Shown here piece by piece: positions 29,998 to 39,834 of a stretch of DNA of 64,000 bases (position 1 is its first letter; each line of letters begins with the position of its first letter). The position numbers and the translations under genes are program-made. Under the pieces are notes generated by a model. It searched no databases, was not told where the DNA came from, and was given only the letters and a program-made list of their open reading frames with translations. The DNA lies in the NCBI GenBank assembly GCA_965140415.1, contig OZ223209.1, forward strand, positions 3,680,001 to 3,744,000, read 5' to 3'. The DNA comes from Myxococcota bacterium. GTDB lineage: Bacteria > Myxococcota_A > SURF-8.

Positions 29998-30025
29998 TTG
30001 ACACACGCCATCATTCGTGTATCAT
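29998..30025 (+). promoter_or_regulatory. sigma70-type promoter of the radical SAM locus
   Basis: TTGACA-N16-TATCAT. Confidence 0.5.
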
Positions 30026-30153
30026 CTTTTCATGATGTGAAGAATTAATTTGCATGTCTTCACGCAGACTCGCCCAACCAATACCATCACTAAATCGCCA
30101 TGCGTTTTATACGCCGATATATATTTGCGCATCCTTAAAGAACAGGAAACTGG

Positions 30154-31284
30154 ATGAAACTCGTTCTTCATCTTACAAAAGATTGTAACCTGCGCTGTAT
30201 CTACTGTTATGCGCCTTCAAAAACAGATACGACGATGAGTGTTGAAACCGCAAAAAAAGGCATCGACCTTATCGTAGGACTCAGCCCATCGTCTGCATGT
30301 ATTTCGTATTTCGGCGGAGAACCTCTGTTGAAATTCGACATGATTAAGGAATTGACGGAATATGCATTGGAACTGGGAGAAAAGAAGGACAAACGCATCA
30401 GTTTTCGCATGTCTACCAATGGCCTACTGTTCACAGAGGAAATTCTTTCGTTCTGCCGCGATCACAACATTCTGTTCGCACTTTCCATGGATGGAAATCG
30501 CGACATCCAGGATCGGCAGCGCATCTTTCCAGGTGGAGGCGGAAGCTTTGATGCCTTGAACTCCAAACTGGACATGATCCTGCATTACAACCCGCGAACC
30601 GTGGTCGCCAGTGTAATCACCCCCTGCGCTATTCCTCATTTAGCAGATTCCATGGAATTCCTATGGGAGCGAGGAATACGCTTTATCGCTCATAATCCCG
30701 ATTACACCTACCCAACGTGGATGCCATCTCATTTGAATGAGCTTGAAATCCAATACCGCCGAATGGCCGACTTCTACGTGGAAAAAACTCAGCTTGGCGC
30801 GCATTTTATCATGAGCGTATTCGATGAAAAACTGAAAACGCTGATGCATAAACCTATCGAATTGGGAGGCCAGTGCAATTTCGGAGCACAGAAAGTTTCC
30901 GTCGCGCCGGATGGCCGCCTGTTTCCCTGCGTTCGATTCGTTTCTGACCGAGAAGACGCTAAGCCGTTTTGCATCGGTGATGTCGATACAGGTTTTTCCA
31001 CTCAACGCGAGAAGTTGATCGCTTTAAACAAAAGCGGTCGAACGAACTGCGGCGACTGTGAACACCTAGGGCGTTGCGGCAGTCATTGCGGGTGCAGAAA
31101 CTGGGCACAGACTGGCAGCATTACCGAATCCGGCGCATTGTTGTGCGCACACGAGCGCATGCTGATTCCCATTGCGGATGAAATCGGCAATTTCCTATGG
31201 GACAGTAAAAATCAGACATTCATGAGAAAGCATTACAAACTGGATAAACACTTTCAAGGCATACCCGAGTATGACTTCGATTGA
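30154..31284 (+). CDS. Radical SAM/SPASM-domain protein (peptide/protein maturase type)
   Basis: CNLRCIYC, FGGEPLL, STNG, SMDG; SPASM CNFG...DGRLFPC...CGDC...CGSHCGC...C. Confidence 0.92.
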   Translation: MKLVLHLTKDCNLRCIYCYAPSKTDTTMSVETAKKGIDLIVGLSPSSACISYFGGEPLLKFDMIKELTEYALELGEKKDKRISFRMSTNGLLFTEEILSFCRDHNILFALSMDGNRDIQDRQRIFPGGGGSFDALNSKLDMILHYNPRTVVASVITPCAIPHLADSMEFLWERGIRFIAHNPDYTYPTWMPSHLNELEIQYRRMADFYVEKTQLGAHFIMSVFDEKLKTLMHKPIELGGQCNFGAQKVSVAPDGRLFPCVRFVSDREDAKPFCIGDVDTGFSTQREKLIALNKSGRTNCGDCEHLGRCGSHCGCRNWAQTGSITESGALLCAHERMLIPIADEIGNFLWDSKNQTFMRKHYKLDKHFQGIPEYDFD

Positions 31285-31350
31285 AAACAGGTAAAGCAGA
31301 ATAGTAAAAAGGCAACACATCTTCCCTTAAGAACAGAAAGGATACCGAAT

Positions 31351-31953
31351 ATGAAAGCATCCCTCTTCAACGTCGAGCCGGTTCGATGCTACAAAGGCGC
31401 TCGCTACGGCTTAAAGGCGGCCAACCGTTATGTGGGGCTTGCAACCTGGCTGTTTTTCCGTTTTCCAAAAGAGCTGGTGCGCGGGTCTGTTCTTTTGTTG
31501 CTTGCAGGCGCGCTTACCTTTGGAACACAAGGTTGCACCGATAATGATTCAGGCGATAGAGATTACATTACAGATGGAGATTCATACGATCCATATGATG
31601 ACAACCTCTGGGGGGGAGATGCAGGATATACTTCAGAAGATGACTTGGATGGAGATTATAATAATAACATGATAATTGGGGATGCTGATTATGTCCCGGA
31701 TGAAGATCAGATCGAACCCGATTACGACATGATGATGGGCGATGGTGATTACGTCCCGGATGAAGATCTCCTGCCGCCTTCCGATCAAGATCAGGAATAC
31801 GATAGCGACCTTGTTTCAGGCGATCAGGATGGCGAAATCGAACCGGATGCGGAAATTGACATCGATTTCCACGAGAACCTGTTTCTCGGTGACGGAGACG
31901 ATCTCCGAAGCAAGGACATGGTTTCTCCATCCAAAAACGATAAAAAGAACTAA
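31351..31953 (+). CDS. Acidic repeat-containing lipoprotein, putative radical SAM substrate
   Basis: N-terminal extension FNVEPVRCYKGARYG, hydrophobic stretch ending TQGC, then repeated hydrophobic-x-GD motifs. Confidence 0.7.
   Translation: MKASLFNVEPVRCYKGARYGLKAANRYVGLATWLFFRFPKELVRGSVLLLLAGALTFGTQGCTDNDSGDRDYITDGDSYDPYDDNLWGGDAGYTSEDDLDGDYNNNMIIGDADYVPDEDQIEPDYDMMMGDGDYVPDEDLLPPSDQDQEYDSDLVSGDQDGEIEPDAEIDIDFHENLFLGDGDDLRSKDMVSPSKNDKKN
31681..31768 (+). repeat. 28-nt near-identical direct repeat, 60-nt period
   Basis: gatgctgattatgtcccggatgaagatc and gatggtgattacgtcccggatgaagatc (D[A/G]DYVPDED twice). Confidence 0.85.
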
Positions 31954-31962
31954 AGGGTCCTC

Positions 31963-32346
31963 ATGCGGCAGGTACAGGTAACAAATCCATCTTTTCCCGA
32001 AACCGCGTTCAATGAGCCGCTGCCACTGGATTCCGAAACGATCTGGCAGGTGGTATGCGGAGACACGGACCACTGGCGCTGCGGATTCTACTCACCTCTG
32101 GTGAGTTTCACTGAGGACATCTCGGAGTTGGAGAAGCACGACTGCCCGGAGTTGTTCCTGCTTGTGGAAGGAAACGTAAGCCTGCTATTGGCAGATGAAT
32201 CCGGCGAGCGAATACAGAAATTACAACCGCTTCAACCGGTGCTCGTCACCTGCCGACATGCAGGCTTTTGCCCGGATGGTCCGCACACCGGTCGTTGCAT
32301 CGTGATCGAGCGGGATGCCTTTACGACCACTTACAGCAAACGCTGA
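31963..32346 (+). CDS. Small cupin-fold protein
   Basis: LEKHDCPELFLLVEG...RHAGF metal-ligand spacing; starts 9 nt after the previous stop. Confidence 0.6.
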   Translation: MRQVQVTNPSFPETAFNEPLPLDSETIWQVVCGDTDHWRCGFYSPLVSFTEDISELEKHDCPELFLLVEGNVSLLLADESGERIQKLQPLQPVLVTCRHAGFCPDGPHTGRCIVIERDAFTTTYSKR

Positions 32347-32365
32347 AATCAACTTCCGGCAGCAT

Positions 32366-34186
32366 TCAATCACTGGCCGCCGCGAGTTTGGTCTCCAATT
32401 CCTCCCAGCGGCTGTATAGCTGTGCCACACGGGTTTTGCAGTTCTCAAACGACTCGTAGGCCTTGGCCAGTTCATCCGGGTCGGTGGCGATGGAAGGATC
32501 GGATAGGCGGCTTTCCGCAGTGCTCATCGTCTCTTCGGCCTCCAGAATGGCGTCTTCCAGTCCTTCGTATTCCTTCTTTTCAAGGTACGTCAGACCTTTC
32601 GGGCGATTCTTTTCGCGAGGCTTCTTCTTTTTCTCTCGTTCCTCGGTAGCCTCAAGCTCTGCATTCTTCAGATGTTGTTGCCATTGAGCATAACTGGCCA
32701 CCCACACATGACCGCCTTTGCCGTCCAAACCGAGAATGACGCCGGACACCTGATCCAGCATGTAGCGGTCGTGTGTAACCAGTACAACAGCTCCAGGGAA
32801 ATCAAGAAGGTTCTCCTCCAGCATTTCCAACGTAGGCAGATCCAGGTCATTTGTGGGTTCGTCGAGGAACAGCACGTCGGCGGGTTTGAGCATCAAACGT
32901 GCAATTTGAACTTTGGCCTGTTCTCCGCCGGAAAGTTGAGATAATGGAACTTCCAATTGATGTGACTGAAAACCGAAGCGTCTGGCCCAACCGGCCACAT
33001 GGATCGATTGTCCCTTGAACAGCACGGAATCGCCCTCTTCGCAGAGCGATTCCTTCAAGCTCATATTCGGGTCCAAAGCTTCCCGTTGCTGATCGAAATA
33101 AACAAGTTCCAGGTTTTGCGCGGAAACGATCTCCCCCCGGTCGGCGCTTTCCACTCCGGCCAGAATTTTCAACAATGTCGATTTACCACTGCCATTGATA
33201 CCAACCAGGCCGATTTTCAGTCCCGGCTTCAATAGCAGGTCAATCTCTTCGAATAGGGGGTGATCTCCATACTTTTTCGTCAGATCGGTGGCGGCTAATA
33301 AGCGTTTTGTTCTACGCCCACTGGCTACAAACTGCACGTCGGAGATGGTTTCTCTGGCCCTGGTTTTCATATCGGCCAGTTCATCGATCATCCGATGCGC
33401 CTGTTCAGTACGCCCTTTATCTTTGGACGTCCGCGCCTTGGGACCGCGTCTAAGCCATTCGATCTCGTTACGAACCTTGTTCGATAGCGACAACAACGTC
33501 TTTTCATTGGCAGCCAACACTTCAGCACGACGCTCCAGAAAACGACTGTAGCCGCCTTCCGCCATCAACACGCCATCCGGATAGCGACGATTCACTTCTA
33601 CAATTTTGTTGCAACAGGACTCCAGAAAAGCACGGTCATGGCTGATCACCACACAGGCATTGCAATCCGTGTTGATCCGATTTTCGAGCCAGACGGCCCC
33701 CTCGATGTCCAGGTGGTTGGTGGGTTCATCCAATAGCAGCAGATCGGGATCGGAAACCATCGCGGCGGCAAAGGCCAAGCGCTTGATCCAGCCACCGGAC
33801 AGACTTGCAATTTTCTGCTTCGTATCGACAAAGCCGACTTTATCCAGGATAATCGCAACATTAACCAGCCGCTCGGTTTCAGCCAAACGGTTATCGCTGT
33901 CGGCGGCAATCAGGTGATCCAGGACAACCTCTTCCACGCATTTTTCGGGGTCGTACTGTGGCGCTTGCGCAACCAGAGAGAGTTTCATTTCCCGGTTGCG
34001 TGAAACATTACCCTGATCCGGCAGCACCTCACCCGTCATCAACTTGAACAGCGTACTTTTACCGATGCCGTTGGCACCGATAATGCCGATCCGTTCTCCG
34101 CTATGTACGTGAAACGAAAGCTCCTCGAACAGGAGTTTCTGACCGTAGGCCATGCTAACCTGGTTCAAACTCAACAAGTGAGACAT
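32366..34186 (-). CDS. ABC-F family ATPase (Uup-like)
   Basis: Two ABC domains (GANGIGKST/LSGG/LDEPTNHLD; GINGSGKST/LSGGE/LDEPTNDLD), WLRRGPKARTSK linker, coiled C-terminus RWEELE. Confidence 0.93.
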   Translation of the reverse strand: MSHLLSLNQVSMAYGQKLLFEELSFHVHSGERIGIIGANGIGKSTLFKLMTGEVLPDQGNVSRNREMKLSLVAQAPQYDPEKCVEEVVLDHLIAADSDNRLAETERLVNVAIILDKVGFVDTKQKIASLSGGWIKRLAFAAAMVSDPDLLLLDEPTNHLDIEGAVWLENRINTDCNACVVISHDRAFLESCCNKIVEVNRRYPDGVLMAEGGYSRFLERRAEVLAANEKTLLSLSNKVRNEIEWLRRGPKARTSKDKGRTEQAHRMIDELADMKTRARETISDVQFVASGRRTKRLLAATDLTKKYGDHPLFEEIDLLLKPGLKIGLVGINGSGKSTLLKILAGVESADRGEIVSAQNLELVYFDQQREALDPNMSLKESLCEEGDSVLFKGQSIHVAGWARRFGFQSHQLEVPLSQLSGGEQAKVQIARLMLKPADVLFLDEPTNDLDLPTLEMLEENLLDFPGAVVLVTHDRYMLDQVSGVILGLDGKGGHVWVASYAQWQQHLKNAELEATEEREKKKKPREKNRPKGLTYLEKKEYEGLEDAILEAEETMSTAESRLSDPSIATDPDELAKAYESFENCKTRVAQLYSRWEELETKLAAASD

Positions 34187-34239
34187 TCCGCCGGTTCCTC
34201 CGATACAAACACAAGCCGCAATGCAATTCTCGCTATCGC

Positions 34240-35937
34240 TTAGCGATGAGAACGTGCCCCGCCCTCTGCCGGACGAAGGGTAACGGGTTTGCCGTCGAAC
34301 TTGGCATTTCTCATGCCCTGCCCCACCTTGGCTGCGACTTTGTTGTCCACCTCGAAAAAGGAATATTCGCGCTTCATGTCAATGGCACCGATCAGTTTCG
34401 ATGAGATCCCGGATTGATCGCAAACCAGGCGGACGATGGCACCTTCGTTCACTTTATCCAAACGTCCGACACTGATAAAGAAACGCTTCGTCGGTCCGAG
34501 TCGAACGCGACCGGATGCTTTTTTTCCATTGCCATTCTTTCTCGAGTCCGCTCGGTAAGGCAGTTTTGATTTTGCACGGGTGTTCTCCCGGAAAGAAGCT
34601 TTCCGTTTTCGTAAATCCACGTTGATGTCAACGGCCTGGCTGTAATCCTGGAACAAACTGCTGAACTCTTTCGAAATAAGGAGATCGATCAGTTCTTCTT
34701 TCTCTAAAAGCGCCAACTTTTCGTAGATAGCTGGCAGAAATACTCCGATAGCCTCCTGCTTGATGGGAGTCTGGATCAGGGTATCCACGAAAGCAAACAA
34801 CTGTTGACGACAGATCGCCTTGCCATCCGGCAGCTTCTCGATTTTGAATTGAATGCGACTGCGGCGCTCCAGGTCGCGAATTCTCATCGTTTCACGCGGA
34901 TTGACAAGCACAATCGAACGCCCGGATTTACCCGCACGAGCAGTACGTCCGCTACGATGGGTATAGGAAAGCGCATCATCCGGCAACATGAAGTGGATCA
35001 CATGTGTGATGTCGTCCACATCGATGCCGCGAGCCGCCACATCAGTTGCAACCAACAGGCGCACGCTGTGGTTCCGAAACTTGCGCATCACCGTATCCCG
35101 CTGAGCCTGTGACAGATCTCCGTGCAGTGCTTCGGCCTGATAACCATCTCTCAACAACGCCTCGGCCACCTCTTGGGTATCGATCCGAGTCCGGCAAAAC
35201 ACAAGCCCGAAGATTTCCGGGGTGGAATCCAGAATACGCTTCAACGCCTCATAACGATTCCGCTCTTCCATAATGCAATAAGAATGCTCGATATTGGCCG
35301 CGCCATCGTTACGAGAGCCAATGGTAATTTCCACCGGATCGTTTAGGTATTTACCAGCAATACTACGAACGCCTCTGGGCATGGTAGCAGAAAACAACCA
35401 GATCCGAACGGACTCAGGCAGTTCGAGCAGAATCGCGTCGATGTCTTCCTGAAATCCCATGTTCAGCATTTCATCGGCTTCATCCAGTACGGCACAGGTC
35501 ACCATCGAAAGATCGATGGCATGGCGACGGATCATGTCCAACAGTCGCCCCGGAGTAGCCACAACGATGTGGGACCCCGCCTTCAATCGATTGATCTGAT
35601 TATAGATGCTGGCACCACCGTATATCGCGGTAATGGAGCTACCTTTGATATGCCGCGCGAATTGCTTCATATCGTTGGTGATCTGAAGGCACAATTCACG
35701 GGTAGGACAAATCACCAGTCCTTGCGGTTGTCGCTGTTTCGGATTCAGAAATTGCAACATCGGCAAGCCGAAAGCACCGGTCTTCCCTGTGCCGGTCTGC
35801 GCCAAACCTACCAGATCGCGTTCACCCGGTAACAAGTGTGGAATTGCCTGAGCTTGAATCGGAGTCGGCTCGGTGAACTCCAGATCCTGCAACGCATGAA
35901 GCAACTCATCCCTTAAACCTAATTCTTGAAAACTCAT
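34240..35937 (-). CDS. deaD: DEAD-box RNA helicase with DbpA-type RNA-binding C-terminal domain (DeaD/CsdA-like)
   Basis: AQTGTGKT, PTREL, DEAD, SAT, HRSGRTARAG; C-terminal RFFISVGR.D...IGAID...YSFFEV. Confidence 0.9.
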   Translation of the reverse strand: MSFQELGLRDELLHALQDLEFTEPTPIQAQAIPHLLPGERDLVGLAQTGTGKTGAFGLPMLQFLNPKQRQPQGLVICPTRELCLQITNDMKQFARHIKGSSITAIYGGASIYNQINRLKAGSHIVVATPGRLLDMIRRHAIDLSMVTCAVLDEADEMLNMGFQEDIDAILLELPESVRIWLFSATMPRGVRSIAGKYLNDPVEITIGSRNDGAANIEHSYCIMEERNRYEALKRILDSTPEIFGLVFCRTRIDTQEVAEALLRDGYQAEALHGDLSQAQRDTVMRKFRNHSVRLLVATDVAARGIDVDDITHVIHFMLPDDALSYTHRSGRTARAGKSGRSIVLVNPRETMRIRDLERRSRIQFKIEKLPDGKAICRQQLFAFVDTLIQTPIKQEAIGVFLPAIYEKLALLEKEELIDLLISKEFSSLFQDYSQAVDINVDLRKRKASFRENTRAKSKLPYRADSRKNGNGKKASGRVRLGPTKRFFISVGRLDKVNEGAIVRLVCDQSGISSKLIGAIDMKREYSFFEVDNKVAAKVGQGMRNAKFDGKPVTLRPAEGGARSHR

Positions 35938-36260
35938 ACAAACGTCTCCTTGCAGTCCACCGCCTCCGGAACGATTCCAAGAATCTCCGATGGATGCATT
36001 TCAGGTATGCCTCTACCGAGTTGCTTCTGCAACCGCAGACTACCTGATGTGTTATTGGTTTGGCTAAGGCTCCACTGCCTTCTTAGGGGGCGCTAAACTG
36101 CCTTGAAAAGCTTCCGACACGAACGGTGCAGGATACGCCGGCCCGAATTGAACAAGACAACGGACGCGGGGTGCAGGGCATATTTACTTGCCGAAAAGAA
36201 AGTACCTGGGATCCTTCCCAATTATGAAACGGAGATATCTCCCCGCCTCGAACGGACTTG

Positions 36261-36289
36261 TATATACGCGCAGATTACCAGAAAGTCAA
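36261..36289 (-). promoter_or_regulatory. sigma70-type promoter of the helicase operon
   Basis: Minus strand TTGACT-N17-TATATA, about 320 nt upstream of the helicase ATG. Confidence 0.5.
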
Positions 36290-36374
36290 AGCCTATCTGC
36301 AAATAATCGCATTTAAATCGATAAGCTGCTGTTATTTTAGGAATTATTGGATCATCTTTTTTAGCGGCGCACAC

Positions 36375-37190
36375 CTAGCCTTGCGAGTAAAGAAATTGGA
36401 TCAACATATCATCTTTCGTCAGCAATGTACTGCGAAATCGCTCAGCATACTCCAAGTTGGAGTCCTGTGCGCTTAGCATCGCGGCACCGGTTACGATCAT
36501 TTCCCAGTAATGCGCATAGTCATCCAACCCCGTTCGTTCAAGAACGGGAATCTTCAAATCCGCAGATTGTACACGTTGTTTTTGATTCGCCAGCATGGAA
36601 CGCAGCATATTTCGAAGACAAGTAACGGTTGCGATTTTCTTATCCAACCCTGAAGAAATGTCAACCAGCGTTTCACCATGGGTGAAATGCTTGGTAAAGA
36701 AAAGGCAGCCCCTGGTACAGTGCGTAGACAGTCCCTGCTCCAGGTGCTCCGGGTGAAAATTGGGATAGGCCGCCGCCCAGGCCGCATCCGAAGCCGCACG
36801 TCCAACAACCATGTGATCGGGGGTTTGCTCGTCTGTTACCATTGGATCGAAGGTCACGACAATCTCCGGCTTGAATTCCCGCACGAAGCGGATCAAGCGT
36901 TCCCGCAGTTCACCATGAGGTACATCCAGCAACTCGCAATCCCGATAATTCAGATGCTTTACATGGGTCACACCGAGTTCGGCCATGGCCTTCTCGAATT
37001 CTCGGTGATTGGTCGCGATGGTATCTTCAACACACAATTCGTAAGAATCTTTTTCATCCTGCGTGGCGCGCACAACCATGATTTCAGAGCCTGCGGCGAT
37101 CCAGTTGGCAAGAGTCCCACCTGCAAACAGAGGAATATCCTCTGCATGAGGCGCTATGGCAATGGCACGTTTTGGAACGGGGATCATCAT
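36375..37190 (-). CDS. PIG-L/LmbE-family deacetylase
   Basis: IAPHAED..AGGT, LNYRD.EL, VTFDP, PDH; start ATG 37190 (RBS GGAG). Confidence 0.85.
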   Translation of the reverse strand: MMIPVPKRAIAIAPHAEDIPLFAGGTLANWIAAGSEIMVVRATQDEKDSYELCVEDTIATNHREFEKAMAELGVTHVKHLNYRDCELLDVPHGELRERLIRFVREFKPEIVVTFDPMVTDEQTPDHMVVGRAASDAAWAAAYPNFHPEHLEQGLSTHCTRGCLFFTKHFTHGETLVDISSGLDKKIATVTCLRNMLRSMLANQKQRVQSADLKIPVLERTGLDDYAHYWEMIVTGAAMLSAQDSNLEYAERFRSTLLTKDDMLIQFLYSQG

Positions 37191-37425
37191 TTGTCTCCAC
37201 CGAGAACCCACACACAAAAACGACCAAGGGAACTCTCTGTTTAGAATTGATACAGAAAAAGATCAATTGTAAATACAAATACTTACCAAGAATCATGGTA
37301 GCATACAGTGATGTAAAAAAACAAATCTAAAAATGTAGATTTATGTGAATTAATGCATTTTTTTTCGCGAAGCGACTTCGGGATGAGCTTGCATCCCCTG
37401 TAAGATTCGCGCTATAGTTACAGGC

Positions 37426-38052
37426 ATGAAATCACAGCTCAAACGCACAATACCGTTCAACCTTATAGCCTCCCTGAAAATGGGATTAGGGGTTAGTGCG
37501 ATGATGCTATTGTTTCTCGGCTGCCAGGTCGATGCATCATCGATCAACGATGGCTGCGTGGAAGATCGGCAATGCGAAGCGGATCGAATCTGCATGGACC
37601 ATATCTGCCTGTTCCCCGAGGACGCCGAACGCATGGAACCCGCCGAACAGGTCGGTCTTCGACTGACAACCGCCCTCAAAACAGCGCAAGTTCGCTATCT
37701 GGCTGCCTCCTGGCCACTGGAAACGGATTATTCCTGGGGATTTCAGTTCGATGAAGAAGCAAGCTACAATCAATTTCTTCTGGACTGGCATCAAGCGGAA
37801 ATCGAGCAGAAACTTTCCGAGGATTTCTCCCAATTGCTCGAATGGTACGACTACGAATCGTGCGAGTTCATTCGCTTTGAACCGGGCCGCTACCGCCCAC
37901 TTCCATTGGGCGAAGAATATGCCCGCCGGTCGCTGGATCGGCTCGTCGATTCGTCTCTGCTTATCCAGATTGATGATGAACAGGTGGACGTTCCGATTGC
38001 GCAGCTAGTTCGATTGCGTGGACGTTGGCGCCTTTTCCGGCTGCTTGACTGA
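37426..38052 (+). CDS. Hypothetical lipoprotein with small Cys module
   Basis: Lipobox FLGC; CVEDRQCEADRICMDHIC. Confidence 0.65.
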   Translation: MKSQLKRTIPFNLIASLKMGLGVSAMMLLFLGCQVDASSINDGCVEDRQCEADRICMDHICLFPEDAERMEPAEQVGLRLTTALKTAQVRYLAASWPLETDYSWGFQFDEEASYNQFLLDWHQAEIEQKLSEDFSQLLEWYDYESCEFIRFEPGRYRPLPLGEEYARRSLDRLVDSSLLIQIDDEQVDVPIAQLVRLRGRWRLFRLLD

Positions 38053-38952
38053 TGACGGCTTGACACCCGCATCGAGATTCGGTTTTAGAAGAATCACACC
38101 GCTAGCCGGCCACTTTTCGCCTTTCTCTTTCACCATTGTTAAATAGGCTTGCAGTGAAACATCTACGACTTTGTGGTGATAGGTACTGGCATGACGAAAA
38201 CGCAGGCGGCCTTTTTCATCGCGCACGATAACTCCGCTGTGTTTAATTCGGTACGGCAGCCAGGAACGATCCTGTAGAACCACCATCAGAAACGTGCCTG
38301 GTGGCAATTTTGCCGCATGTACCGAAGCCCATTCGATAGGAATAAGATCATGCTCTACAATCCCTGCTGAAAAATAATCTCCCAGAGATTCGCAATAGGT
38401 CCGCCATTTTTCTCCATACCGTTGTGGAGAAAGCACATTCTTGCTCTCCGATCTGGCTTCTTTTCCGGCAATTTGTCTGGAGATATTGGTAATATACCCA
38501 CGTTTTTCGTTTTCCACGATCCATTGCGACCACATGAAATGCAAACGGCAGGAATAGCCGCGACAACCCTCGAAATAACGGATTTTCTGGGTTTGAAGGG
38601 CCGCATCAGGCAGCGTTTTAGCTCGCACCATACCCCAAAGCTGTTCAAGCAGCGTAACGCAATCCACCGCATCCAGCCGAAAAACGGGATCGCTGTCCGG
38701 ATTGGCGGTTTTCCCTTCTCCTAACGGATTCAATTGATACGGAGTTTTCAGAAAAAAGCGAGAGAGCTGTTCCAGGCGCGTCTCGGCGGGTAGCATTTGG
38801 GCGCGCAGCAGAATCGAGTCTGCCTGTGCTCGATCCATATCCATCCAGCGCTGCGAAACAGGCTTTGCAGCCGTTTTCGGCGCGGCCTGAAGATTCCGAG
38901 CAATACCGAACAACAGAAGAAACAGGATCAGCGATGACACGATGCGCGCCAT
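38005..38952 (-). CDS. DUF1460 / NlpC-P60-type N-acetylmuramoyl-L-alanine amidase-like protein
   Basis: FLKTPY..NPLGEG, LDAVDCVTLLE, RLHF..W, HSG, RHAS. Confidence 0.85.
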   Translation of the reverse strand: MARIVSSLILFLLLFGIARNLQAAPKTAAKPVSQRWMDMDRAQADSILLRAQMLPAETRLEQLSRFFLKTPYQLNPLGEGKTANPDSDPVFRLDAVDCVTLLEQLWGMVRAKTLPDAALQTQKIRYFEGCRGYSCRLHFMWSQWIVENEKRGYITNISRQIAGKEARSESKNVLSPQRYGEKWRTYCESLGDYFSAGIVEHDLIPIEWASVHAAKLPPGTFLMVVLQDRSWLPYRIKHSGVIVRDEKGRLRFRHASTYHHKVVDVSLQAYLTMVKEKGEKWPASGVILLKPNLDAGVKPSSVKQPEKAPTSTQSN

Positions 38953-38953
38953 C

Positions 38954-39613
38954 TTATCTCCACAGGGCGAAAGCAAGTCCCAAGTAGCCGCCATACACGA
39001 ACTCGTCCGGGTCATAGTCGAAGAATTCTACAGTACCCTTGAAAATCATATTGACGATCGACGGTCCCAGGGGAATTTCAAAGCCTGCACCGATAATGGG
39101 ATGATGGCGGAACAAGTCCCGGCTGTCGTCCGTGGTCGGGTCACCATCGATATCGCCTTCGGGGCTGATGGAAATCCCCAGCATATAGCTGCCATTGATG
39201 AAAAAGGTGTTGCCGCCATAAAACCGCCAACCGGCGGCAAAACCGGGATTGACGAAAAACACGACATCGGCTTTGTCGCTGCTGAAATTGAAATCCGCTC
39301 CGGGATAGATCGTCAGGGCAAAGTTCAAATCTTCTTTGTCGGATTCCAGGATCTGAAATTTGAAAGGAGCGCCAATGGCAAACGACGGTTCCAGATAGCG
39401 AACATCCAAACGAAAACCAACCGTAATATAATCCCATGGTGCAGCAACATACTCCAAGCCGGCCAGCGGATAACCACCATACATCAGGAAAGCGCCATGT
39501 CCCCGGTCAATGGTGTCACCGTCCTCTAACGTATAATACGGATCATCTGCGCCATAGACATTTCCCATGATAGCTAGCAGAATCGTGAGGGTTAGCAAAG
39601 CGGTTCGAATCAT
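38954..39613 (-). CDS. Putative outer-membrane beta-barrel protein
   Basis: Signal peptide; alternating aromatic/Gly beta-strands; aromatic C-terminus. Confidence 0.6.
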   Translation of the reverse strand: MIRTALLTLTILLAIMGNVYGADDPYYTLEDGDTIDRGHGAFLMYGGYPLAGLEYVAAPWDYITVGFRLDVRYLEPSFAIGAPFKFQILESDKEDLNFALTIYPGADFNFSSDKADVVFFVNPGFAAGWRFYGGNTFFINGSYMLGISISPEGDIDGDPTTDDSRDLFRHHPIIGAGFEIPLGPSIVNMIFKGTVEFFDYDPDEFVYGGYLGLAFALWR

Positions 39614-39834
39614 TCCTGTTTTCTTTCTGTCAGGGAGTTGCAACAGTCGCTAAAGACTACCAAACTAGCTCAATTCTCGCAAGTTTCAAGCAACCTCCCT
39701 TTCATCTTTGTTTCATGCTAGGTCAATAAAATCCAACAGATGAAAGTCCTATATTGACAGAACCGACACGGATTTGATAGCATCACGAGTCTGTTTTGTA
39801 GTGCCGCTCTTCGTCATCAAGTAAGGAGTCTCGT

